A stretch of DNA of 64,000 nucleotides, taken from positions 21,967,617-22,031,616 of the forward strand of contig OZ316893.1 in assembly GCA_973895155.1 (NCBI GenBank), read 5' to 3'. The notes beneath the pieces are model-generated. The model was not told where the DNA came from. It worked only from the letters and a program-made list of their open reading frames with translations, and did no database searches. The translations under genes were made by a program, and so were the position numbers. The stretch comes from Marsupella aquatica. Lineage: Eukaryota > Plantae > Marchantiophyta. Shown piece after piece: positions 1-11,540 of the stretch. The stretch's first letter is position 1. Each line of letters opens with the position of its first letter.

Positions 1-1700
1 GGGATAATCACAGATTTTTCCAGGTTCAATCTTGCCCCAGAACCTAACTCATAGCAAGCCAAAGCACTCCTGACTTCTTCAAAAGCCTCCATCCTAGCAG
101 GGATACACATCCCCACATCATCTGCAAAAAGTCGATAACAGAGTTCGAGGATCTTGTTTATAGAAAGTCCACTCAACCTGCCCGCCCTCATTTCTGCATC
201 AAGGAAGTCCATTAACGGTTGCGTAGATATCACAAACAGCAAGGGTGACAGAGGGCAGTCTTGACTCACTCCCCTGCGGAGCTCAACAGGGACCGACAAA
301 AATCCATTAACTAAGGCTCTGGAGGAAGCCTGAGACAACAACGCTCTTACAAGCTTAACAAAATGGCTGCTGAGTCCCAAGAGGAGCATTGACTCCCAAA
401 TATAGTCATGGTTAACCCTGTCAAAGGCTTTCTCAAAGTTGAGCTCCCCTCTTCTTGCTGTTCGCCCAGTCAAATGTCAATTATGCCAGTCAAATGTTGA
501 ATGAAACCAGTTTGCAACAGTAAACTTTGTTCTCACAAAGATTGAGATAAGGGAAAGAAGTCTAATTTGAAGGATATAGAACACCAGGTAAATCAACTAA
601 AACCTTCTACAAACAGTCAAGAGACCGTTTCCAGGTCACATTTGAGTCAAAAGTGTACAAGGTGCTATACAAGTCTGTTATGACATTCTGAGAGAGTCCA
701 TCTGAGCTTTGCCAGTCCACCTGAGTTTTACACACAACATATCAGTCCATCGAAGCTTAAGTTTCTTGCCACTGTTTTGATTTATTTGTCAAAATGCCAC
801 TTTTCTCACCACCAAGGCGTTTAGGGACAAAATCCCCCCCAAAGGGAGACCCAAAAGTGTAAACAGGCATAATGAGCAAGTCTCGGCAATGACCAAAGGA
901 AACCCTATCCCAACAAGTCAGAACAAAGAGCCAGATCTGCAATATCCATCAGTTCCATCAGCTCCAACCCCTAGTACAAGCTGTCTCGATGCAACTGTGA
1001 TCTTGTGGGAGGGTTGAACGAAAGTCCAATTTTCTAGGCAGCCTCATACCTCTGCTGGGAAAAATGGTAGTCGGCACAAATCGCAGAGATATTCTGAAAA
1101 TGTCTCCTGGTCATCCTGAACCTACTTTGGAAATCCCTATCATTGTAGGTACAAGTTGCTACAAGCAATCACCCAAAATTAACATCTGTGCCCAAACTCT
1201 CTCCTTAGTCGTTATGAACCCTCTTGCCAGGCAGCAAACCACCTCCCCTGAGGCATCAATTTTAACATTTTGTATGGACTTAGGTCCTACAAAACAATGC
1301 CTCCTCCCAAAACCTCTTCTCCTCTCATTCAGCATTCCATACTTCCATTTCCTGCATCAAATTTGTCTTGAAGGCCTCCATGTCTTCCAAAATTTCATGA
1401 CACTGTGCACTCATTGCAAGAGCGTACTGCAATTCCTGGATCCATATGTTGCAGCCTCAAAAGCAGCTTGGAGATATGGAATGTGTCAGCCTTCCACCAA
1501 AGAGCAGGTGTGGATGCTCTAAGAGAATTGAGGCCAAAATGAATGCAAAAAATCATAGTGCTACTGTCAGGCAAGCTATTTCACATCACTTGACAGCTTT
1601 CAAACCCACTTCTGTCACCCCAAGGAGTTCTTCTGATGACTATTTTGTGCATAATTCCCAAGGCAAGCTCAAGACAAACAAAGATGTCATTTGCTCATAA
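1..1700 (-). mobile_element. Degenerate L1-clade LINE remnant (ORF2 reverse transcriptase fragment at 1-500; weaker linker/endonuclease/ORF1 remnants to about 1700)
   Basis: Minus-strand translation of 1-450 gives LNFEKAFDRVNHDYIWESM...LVNGFLSVPVELRRGVSQDCPLSPLLFVISTQPL...CYRLFADDVGM...GARLNLEKSVII, matching the LINE RT motifs D-F-x-K-A-F-D, Q-G-x-P-L-S-P and F-A-D-D. Sequence beyond about 500 has many stops and is only loosely LINE-like, so the right boundary is uncertain. Confidence 0.8.
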
Positions 1701-3745
1701 GTAAGGGATCCCCTTGGCACACTATCAGGACTCAGGGATGCTTAGTTTATGTTCAGGAGTCTTAGTTCTCCTTGGCTAGTGAAAGGGAACAATAGGGCCT
1801 AGAATATTTGGCTTAGAAGGTTAGGCTTAGAGAGCAAACTACTGGTGACCATATCAAATCACTCCTAATTGTTGTATGCTGGCATTACTCCCCATCTGTC
1901 CATCTTAGTTACTTAATCCATTGATCAAATAGTTGCTTTATTAATGCAGTTATTATGGATCTTAATTGGTCAATTTTATTTTATCTCCCCCAATTGGTAA
2001 GTGAAAAGGTACTAATATATTTCTGTTCATTTGGGTACCAAAGCAGGGACCCTTTCTAAACTAGGAGAAAACAACCTTCTTTCTACATTAGAAATATATG
2101 ACTATGATGGTTTCTACTTGCACATGCCACTAGAAATTAGCAAAAATTCTTTTGAGTCTACAATAATTTAAGTTGCAACTTAGTTGCACAAGGGGTTTTG
2201 GTAGTTGCAACTCAACCCTACTAAGTAGTCCAATGTAGCGGGGTCTTCTTCTAGTGTTAATTGGACCATGCCAGGATTAATATTGTCGGTCTAACACTTT
2301 TAAGTGATACTCATCATTGGTGACTATTTTCTGTGGAAGCAGGAGGTCTCTGCGTTTGACAATTCTGTTGGGCTTTACAGTCTCATCCTCAGCCAAGTAT
2401 GAGTTGCAGGTAGCTTCCAAGCCTGTAAATTTCATATGAGGTCTATCCTAGCTTATGACTAGTTTTTATTCTGTGCAAAAAACCAAGGAAACTTGCTTGC
2501 CTTGAAACAAAAATTAAGTTTTAGATGAGTCTTTAATATAAAATTAACCCTCAACTCTACATTAAATTGTAAAGGTTGAATATATATATGGTCTTTTAAA
2601 GACTATAAATTAACTAAAGGTTTGTGAATTCCTTTGGAGCTTACTATTATTTTTATCCTATACTATATTGTAAAGTGCTTCTAATGTTTAGAATATAGAG
2701 CACCTTGAAGAGTTACTCAACATCACAAAAATGATTTTGGGTCATTTCGATGTTTATTTAATGTAGAGTAGATTAGTGCAATTCTCTGCATTTGTTTGAT
2801 GTCATTCCTGTGAACACTAACAATAGTGTCCACCTGACTATTGGATTATATACAATCACATTGATATTAAAAATATACACGCTAATGCACAATGGAGGTC
2901 AATATCTAAGACCCTAATCAATTTGAGATACGTTTGTTACACTAACAAATCTGGATAACAAATGGATACACAGCCCATTTTGGCGTAAACCGCTCTAGGG
3001 ATTTGCATTATTTTATTGAACTTGGTTTTTGGTTTGGAGTGTCTCTTCACAATAAGAAGTGACCCTCCAATATGCTTTGGTGAGAAAAGTCAAAAGTCCC
3101 CCCAAGTCTTGTAAAGCCACCCTAAGGTGTAGGAAAAAGTGTGATCAAGGTGTTATCCAATTTGTCTCCCGATCCCACTCCCAACCCAAGGTGATCGTTA
3201 AGTTCTTTCTTTAGTTTAGTTTTTGTTTGTTTTGTGTTGGGGAAGAAAACACATACTTTTTACAGAAAAGGGCCAAATAGAGTACAAAAGAATAAACAAG
3301 AGAGGTCCCAAGTGGACAAAACCAAACGCAAAAGAAGTGAGCAAAAGGAAACCCCTAAAAACCAAGAAAAAGGAACTAAAACTACCACAAATGGACCAAG
3401 GTCCTCATCATTCCTAGCAAATGTGGCAAAAAGCTAATGGTCTACATCAAGTGTCGAAACTAAATCGGCAAGTGGGATGGGAATGTCCTCTAGGGGGGCT
3501 AGTCGCTGCGGAGTCACGCTAGCACCCACTGTCAGAGACCGACAATAGATGGCCCAAGCTTGAGCACGCTGTAAGGTGATTGAAATGCGTTGGCGAAAGT
3601 GCATGGTCAAAATAGATAGCGGGGGTCCGATGGGACCCATCCGGCTGTGAACATCCCGAGCAGCTTGGCGAAGAAGCCCGTCAAACTGATGATGGAGACG
3701 CCCAAATATCTCAAGAGCAAGGGGCAGGAAACTATCAGATGAAGC

Positions 3746-4827
3746 CCCTGGGCCCTTAGCTTAACTAATATGGGACCCCCCATGTGAACAACTCAAGGGG
3801 TTTTTAAATCCCTTTTTTGAATAATAGTTATAATCACTTATAATGTAACAACCCTTTGTTTTATTGGGTTCCATGTTATAATGAACCAAGGTGATCTAAA
3901 AAATAGGGTTCCAGTAGTTTTATGGAAGGGTAAAGCATATAGGGCCGCCACACGTCAATAACTCATTCATCCACGTATCATTACATCCTTGGTTTGGGGT
4001 GTGCAAACACATTTGAATTTTTGGGGGATAGGGGTAATTTTGCCTTTAGGGGGTCTCATTTACCATTTCTGGATGACCAAAATGGTCTGCCGTTGATCTC
4101 TTTGATGCTCTATATCAAACGGTGTAGGGGTATATATGGCCTTGTAGGGCCCCCAAAGAAGGAGGAGGTCAAGTTGACAATGTTGTTCAATGCGTGTTGC
4201 ATTAGATGGGGATTCTATGAGGCCACAAGTGATAGAAAGAGAGTCTCAATCCAGAGTCACTTTGTACCTCGGTGGATATTTATCACTTCTAGTGATCAAA
4301 GAATTGATTTAAATGTAATAAGTTTTCCAATGCTTTAGACTCAAAGGATAACTTTCTTGTAAACGATGATGAATATGCTCAACATACTATGGGACAAACT
4401 TAAGTGCAATGTGGACTTACAGTTTTCATAGATGATAGCATAGGATGTTTACAACTTAAATTTGGATACTTGTATGAGTTTGTTTGACTCTTAAATGCCT
4501 TGACTCCTACCTTCTTGCGAGGAAGTGTGTCCATAAAGAATGTGTTGTTCCTGTTTTTGCTTTTGATAATGTGAAATGTTTATTCCAATCTGTTTGACTT
4601 AGAATCTCTTTGACTGATTTTTTTTTATAACACCTGAAGAGCATATTTAATGTCATTTTGATGAAGATTATAATAGCCCAAAGGGTTTTCTTAATGACCA
4701 AAAGTAATTTATTAATACTAATAAGAGCTTTTTAAAAGGGCAAAAAATAGTACTGAAGGGGTATGGAGGGGATCGAGGGGCATTCATAGGCGCGTTCCAT
4801 TAATATACACGGAGTAAGGGCCCAGGG
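3746..4827. mobile_element. Non-autonomous TIR DNA transposon (1082 bp, 8-bp TSD, hAT-like) inserted in the CRE element
   Basis: TIR CCCTGGGCCCTTA at both ends. TSD GATGAAGC at 3738-3745 and 4828-4835. Removing the element restores the host frame KYVARASSDSFLPLALE. Confidence 0.85.
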
Positions 4828-5274
4828 GATGAAGCTCGTGCAACATATTTGGCCTCCTTCGTTGTTGCTGCTCGTGATGTTGCTGCCCCTGTCGTTGTTG
4901 CCGCTGTCCCAATGATGTCTTGGCGCAGGGTTTGCCACCACTACATTTGCCAAAGTATATTGACCCTCACAGACCATGGTAAGATCCACCCGTAACCGCT
5001 GTGATGGAGGACCAGGTAACTCGAGCACCACCTCCCGCCGTGTGCAGACCAAAGAGCCAGAAAGAACTTGAGCAGTGGCATCTCTCACAGCGTCGTGAAC
5101 AAAAATGGTTTCGCCGCCCAAACTGCACCAAAGAAGATGGACACCTGTGGCATCACAAGGCTTCCCACAAGTGCAAGTAGGAGATAAACCAACAAGAAGT
5201 GGGTGGGGCAAGCCCATACGAAGACGCATGGCTGTCGCAAACTCCACTGAAGACATCCGTAGGTGAGGAATGAC

Positions 5275-5561
5275 CTCAGGGGGTGAACTAAGTGTATATT
5301 TTGGGGTATCACGTGCGATCCTAGCCTAATATAAATAGACCTATTTTATAAAGAAAATATTCCAAGAATATTCTCTATTTTCAATATTAATAACCTATTT
5401 TACTTTATAAAGGATATATATTAAAGAATATTCTATAAACATGAGTTTATAATACCTTCTTTTGCCTCCTATGCTTTTTAAAAATTTAGTTAAAATCTAT
5501 CAAAAATACCTATTTTGGATCGCACGTGGTTCCTAAGATTTTTTATAGTCAACCCCCCGAG
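5275..5561. mobile_element. AT-rich MITE (287 bp, 8-bp TSD) inserted in the CRE element
   Basis: Imperfect TIRs CTCAGGGGGTGAACTA / CTCGGGGGGTTGACTA with subterminal CACGTGCGATCC on both arms. TSD GGAATGAC at 5267-5274 and 5562-5569. Removal restores QANPVIPHLRMSSVEF. Confidence 0.85.
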
Positions 5562-8500
5562 GGAATGACTGGATTGGCCTGAAGCCAGCCTCCTGCGCCC
5601 TTCCCTCCGGAAGAAAGAATCCAAGATCGGTTCGTGTCAGGTGCCTCGGTGAGGATGCCGGAGAGGGTGAAAGTGTGCATACGCCCAACAAGGTCTGCCT
5701 GAAAACGGACGGGTTCCAAGGATAAAAACTCCTGAAATGAAGGTAACACAGCTCGAACAAGATCTGGTAATGATGACCGCGCCGCGCGCAAATGAACCTG
5801 AAATGGGAGGGAACTCTCCTCTACTTCCATGAGAGACAAAAGTAAAAAAGGTCGATCCTCAGTAAGGAAACGATCTGCCAACAATGAGAAGGCGGCCGCC
5901 CACGCGCCCAAAAAGGCCAAAGGTGCGAGGCGCTTAGTGGAAGTAAGCCCAAAAACACCGTGAGAAATAGGAAGACTGAGCTGTCGATGAAGCCACGGAG
6001 ATGAGAGCAAAGTACCTGGCCCCAAAAGAGAGGCCAAAGTCTCACGAATGGAGACATCAAACGCACGGAGGTGTAGATACAGATCCTCGATAGGGGGAGG
6101 TGTCCGAGCCAAATAGGACGCGCGAGGGTGGATGCATTTCAACAACAACCCAAATGCTGCCTGAGAATCTCCTAACTTAGGGAGCATAGGAGTAGGGGCT
6201 AAGGCAACCTATAGAGCGTCAACAATGAAAGATGAGCAAAAGGAGGCGGTACCGAATGGGGAGCCAAGGACCCGAAGACCGTCGGCTGGATGTAAGAACC
6301 CAGGGGGAAGCGCAAGATCAGAGGGTAACCCAGCTGGACTCCATGCACGACTCTTCACCGGCTGAACCCGTAAACCGAGGCCCAACAAATGGGTGGAAAG
6401 GGTGGCGAGGGCAGAAGTCACCGCAGCAGGTGGACCAATGATGTGGGTGTCATCTGAAAGAGAGGGGAAGATACACTGGGGGTGGGCCGCGGAGGCTTCC
6501 CTTAAAGCAGTAAAAATGGGCAATGGCAAAAAGAGGCCCACCCAAAGGGTCACCCTGACGTGTACCTTCTGCAGAAGAAAGAGTGGTATACACTCCTGTA
6601 GAGGTGTGATGACTATAGAAGAGGGGGTCCTCGAGGCCATAAAAACAATGGACAAAGGGGATAAGGGACTGGATGTCTGGATCCGCTGCCCTCAAAGCAC
6701 GAAAAATTGCTGCCCAAGAAACCGTATTGAAAACATTAGAGACATCAATTGTCTCTAATTGGGGGGTGGGGAGGTGGTTCTTAACCTACTCACACTCTTA
6801 GTTGGCAATTGTGATATGGTAGGTTCCAATGATAGCAAATCCTCACTGTCAAACTGAAAATTAAGCACATAACAGGGGAAAAAATAGCTACTATCTGAGT
6901 TTGTAAAAGGCCAAAACAAGATTTCAGGAATGTGTCAAGTGTCATAGGAAAGAAACTTTTCCAATTGAAAGCTTTTTGAATGCATATGTACATCTTATAA
7001 TTGGAGATTAAAGTTTACCTTTAGTGATGTACTCCTTAGAATTTCATAGACAGTAATTCTTTGGTAACATAAATATTTTTAAAAACATTAAGACTATGCT
7101 TGTGAGTAGGAGATGGAGCCCTTTGTGTGGTCTCACAGTTATTTGGACTATGACACCAAAACACACAAGAGAGGGTTATTTAAACTTTGATAGGTCATTT
7201 TTTTGGCTATCACTATAACCAATGTTACCAAGAACAACTTACATGTTTAGACAAGGTATTTCTTTGATGAGAACCCAAAATGAAAGTGTTATTTGATAGG
7301 ACCCCTGAGGTTTTGGGTATGTTGATTCAAGGTCTGGATCACTCAAAGGTCTGATTCAAAGGTTCTATCAAGTAATATTTTTTATTTTGGGGTCCTATCA
7401 AGCAAATATATCTATTTAGACTGATGTTATCAAGGTTGCCAAAGTTCATCTGGACCAATGTCAGACTCTAGGAAAAAATTATAGATAAAAATAAGCGGAA
7501 ATTCAAATTTCAGACAATTGCTGTGGGAGGTTTGTTCCGACTCTAAACGAAAATATAATAATCTTTTCCCCCATTTCAAAAATATAAATAAATATTACTC
7601 AGTAGTAATTCAAACCCAGTGTTCACTCCGGTACTATACAGCAAGGTAACGAACAGTCCGTGAATCAAGACACGGTCTGGCGGTCGGCCCCTCAAAGGCA
7701 GGGTTTAGCACACGGTCCCTTTTCCAGTTTAGCGCACGGTTTCTTCCCAGGGGGTCCCACAAACCTTGCCCTGAAGCTCGCCATTGGACACCTGGATGCA
7801 CAGATTTGGTAGGCTGCCACCTCATTGGCCTTCGGCCTATCTTGAGCGCGTACTCGAGAGATTTCCAGGGCTATCTAGAAGACCCCTGTTTTACAAATAA
7901 ATTCTCAAGCTATTACTAGACAACTGGACAAATATGGTGGGACTCATGATTCTTGTGCGAATGTGGTACTGGAGATAAATTGGCATTCACAACCCGCCAG
8001 AAATAATAAAGTTATCTACTGTACTACTCAAAAACGAAGGAACCTTCTACAAATATTCACTAAAGAGAAAATTTTCAAGTGTGGAGACCACAAACAGGTA
8101 GAGTGGAGAGGAAATCTTGAGGTAACTATGTAGATTTTCTCTCAACAGAAATCTTTGTACAGGGATCGGTTGGTAAAATTGTCCCAATAATATTCTCCCA
8201 ACCTGTGGTTCCCCCACCAACTTTACTGTACAGTCTATCAATCACAATAGTACACGTTAAAAAACAGAAAACGCATGGGATCTGATGCAAGTGATGGAAG
8301 ACTGTGTCCTTTTGACGATGGTAAATCTAAGCTCCTGCTCAGCCAAGATTTGTAACATTTCTGTCGGAATAAATTTGTAACATGTGGAGCTCAAGTTTCT
8401 CGTGTGCTGTGCATTGCGTAAACCCTATGATTGACTGCCTTTCCAAGACATCCAAGACATGATGTGAACCAAATGTTACCCAATGCACATACTTCAAAGT

Positions 8501-10658
8501 GGTCGGAGCTGTTGGAACCACAAGTTTGAAGTGAATTGGCTCAATGCCACCGATTGGTCCATGAAATCATGCCATCAGCTTTGTAAGGACCACGCTGAAC
8601 ATCGAAATGATTGCATTTTTTTCCTCATTCTTGGCACTGCTGTGATCGACACGTGCCCACGACCTGTCCTCAAATTGTTTGAAGAAATTTGTAATTTACA
8701 ATTGGAATCATGGGTCTGGTCTTGAACAGTGTTGCCAACTGAAACTTCTTTGACCTTTCCATGGTCTTGAGTGAGAGTCATTTGACTGTTCATCATGATG
8801 GTGTTTCCCGAATTTTTAGGGGTCCCGATAATTGCACATCAACATATGACATACATTTTATGAGATCACTCTTATCATGATAAATCTCATTATTTTGTTT
8901 AAATCAATAATGAGTGCACACCATCTATTATCATAGGGAGTTAATAGGGAGTTTTGAGGCCCCGTCATAGGCATGGTGCAGAGCGGCCTCACCAACTCTA
9001 CTGTACATTGACTACATTCCTGGTCCATTCTTGGATGCCAACAATAATTCCAAACTATGTTCCCCCTCCACAATTTATATTCTACAATTCCAATCCATCA
9101 AAGAAGTGGTTGCAGTTTAGCAACAACAGTTAGCCAGTACTGGTAAGTGTACATCAAAATGTAATAATATAAGGTGTACTATTCACTCCATACCATAATG
9201 AGCCTAATTATTTTGTTTAAATCATTGAATGTTATTCATTTTATATTTTCACATTTTGATATGCAAGTGCCAAAATGCATGGTTAGCTCTTCTAACTTGA
9301 GAGTATAAGCACTCTTATGCTCTTCTGGGTCCACTCCAATCCATGAAGTTTTGGCATTTGTGTTTTGTTTCTGACTTTCTCTTCTGGAAAAATTAGAGGG
9401 AACATGTGAGTTGACTACTGTCTGTCGTCCCCATATATTGCACTGCAAAACTCAAGTTCCCCCCAAAGGGACCATTTGAAAAGTTGCAGTCTTAGTCTTG
9501 AATAGAAAACCTGCAGTACAATTCAGCAGGCCCAGCTTGAGTTCTTATTTGCTATACTGGAAGTGTGCAAATTCTTTCAGTCTCTATTGCAAGAGTGTTA
9601 AAAGTTCCTCATTTCTATGGTATGAAGTCCACAATATCAAACTTTACTACCATTAATGAGCCTCAACCTTCTGCCCAGCCCTATGATGTTGTTTGACTAC
9701 ACACGTTTTTCCCTATCTACTTTTTTGTAAGTGTAATTTGCATTTTTGTCTACTCCACTTGGGAAGTGTGACTGTTAAAATAGAACGTGTGCTTGCAAGA
9801 CTTGAACCACACAACTCCTCCTCCCAAACAAGAGCTTCTCCCACACTATGCTTCCCTCAAGGGAAGACCTGCCTTGTAGTAAGTAGTACAACTGCTTGAG
9901 CCCTCCAAATCAATTGAACCCTAATGGGCGAACGGGCAATGCACTTGATTATACTCACCCCCTATGTACTTTCAAAATATAGGATGTCTGGTTCGTCGAG
10001 CAAATTGTTGGCACAAGAAACAATCTGGTCCAAACATGTGCAAAGTTTGGCTATATTATTCAGGACATTTGCATTTATTGAAGTTTACTTTGAAAGATTA
10101 TTGGTGCCGAGTCGATCTTTAGAACAAAGAGCTTTCTCTCTATTTTGCTTTGTTGAAATTTTTTTAGCTGCCTCCAAGGTAGTGAAACGTTATAGTAATT
10201 GGAACCAGTGTAAATTGCAGCATTCTCGAGAAACACTTTCGGTAATTTCTAAACAAGTCAAACAAACTATAATGAAGGAATTGCAAACGAGTTCCAAAGT
10301 TGACAAAAACCCAACTCGAATGAAACAGGAGAGATATACTTCACAGACTTATAAAACAAAAACTGTCATTTGATAGACCCCATGAGTGATCTACTGTAGA
10401 GAGTTGATGGACCTAAATCAACCTACCAAAATCTGATGGGGCCTCCTTAGTCCATCAAATAGTAGTTTTCAATTTAGGCGTCCATTGAGTACCGTATGTC
10501 TTTCAAAGAAACACAGAACTCCAAAGTAATGTGAGAGTAAACCCTAAAACCTAGAAAGAGGATAAAGAGAGCTTATCACTCTAGGTCTGCGGAAAACAGG
10601 AAAGTCTTGGCAGCGCTAGATCTGATTTGGCCGCCACTTTGGGAGGACCTTATCCAAG

Positions 10659-11540
10659 CCCGGTTTGAGCTGTCGGACAAGTTGTCGTGTTGTCGGACAC
10701 GACAACTTGTCATTTGTCGCCCGAAAATGACCCTATTTGTCGCATATTCCTTTTTATGCCCCGGTCCGGCCCCGGCCCGACCCGGCCCGGCCCGGCCCAA
10801 TCCCTTCCCGGCCCGGCCCATTCCCTCCCCGACTCTTCCCGGCCCCTTCCATTCCTGGCTCGGTCCGGCACCGGGTCGGCCCGGTCTCTTCCCGGCCCGG
10901 TCCCGTATCCCGCCCGGCCCCGCACCCGGCCCGGCCTCACAAACACTAGGTGAGGGCGGGCCGAGTGCGGGGCCGGGCCGGGAATGGGAGGGCAAGGCCG
11001 GGAAGGGGCAGGGCCGGGCCGGGAATGGGCAGGGGCAGGGCCGGGAAGGGAAGGGGCCGGGAAGGGGAGGGGTAGGGCCGGGCCGGGAAGGGGGAGGGGA
11101 GGGGAAGGGAAGAGGCCGGGAAGGAGAGGGGTAGGGCCGGGCCGGGAAGGGGGAGGGGGAGGGCCGGGCCGGGAAGGGGGAGGGGAAGGGAAGAGGCCGG
11201 GAAGGGGAGGGGTAGGGCCGGGCCGGGAAGGGGGAGGGGAAGGGGGAGGGAAGGGGCAGGGCCGGGAAGGGAAGGGACCGGGCCGGGAAGGGGAAGGGAC
11301 CGGGTGGGATGCGGGGCCGGGCCGGGAAGGGACCGGGCCGGGGGTAGAGACCGGGTCGGGACCGGGGCGGGGAGTTCGGTCCGGGGTGAGATTTTCCCGT
11401 TGGCTTTAAGGGCCGGGAGGAAAGTAGCCGGGCCGGGAATTACCGGCCGGGAGCCGGACCGGGGACCGGGGTGGACCAGGTGACAACTTGTCGGTTGTCG
11501 AGTCCAAAGGCCTCTATTTGTCGGACAAGTCCAAACCGGG
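10659..11540. mobile_element. GC-rich hAT-like MITE (882 bp) filled with GGCCCG/GGGAAGGG repeats
   Basis: Perfect TSD TATCCAAG at 10651-10658 and 11541-11548. TIRs CCCGGTTTGAGCTGTCGGACAA vs CCCGGTTTGGACTTGTCCGACAA. Subterminal TTGTCG/CGACAA repeats at both ends. Confidence 0.85.

Larger units (their letters stand above)
3203..6757 (-). mobile_element. 5'-truncated CRE-clade-like non-LTR retrotransposon (RT + Cys/His knuckle + restriction-like endonuclease), frameshifted and interrupted by two TIR insertions
   Basis: RT motifs: IDVSNVFNTVS, SAEGTRQGDPLGGPLFA, SLSDDTHIIG, GLRVLGSPFG, QLSLPISHGVFGL, GAGGWLQANP. C-terminal region: EFATAMRLRMG, CTCGKPCDATGVHLLWC..HDAVRD..RVDL..ANVVVANP..KEAKY..FLPLALEIFG..RQRISITLQRAQA, with stop at 3434. 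A T-rich 3' UTR and A-rich tail follow at about 3205-3240 on the minus strand. Confidence 0.8.

Noticed and set aside
2128-2256. CACTAGAA...TTCTAGTG, a possible CACTA mini-element
   Set aside because: The inverted match is only 8 bp and the flanks (TGC vs TTA) give no TSD.
8300-10400. Scattered short ORFs suggesting a decayed transposase or gene
   Set aside because: No recognisable motif or consistent frame could be assembled by eye.
10576-11409. Six overlapping Gly/Pro/Arg-rich ORFs
   Set aside because: They arise from the stop-free GC repeats inside a TSD-bounded MITE and show no protein features.
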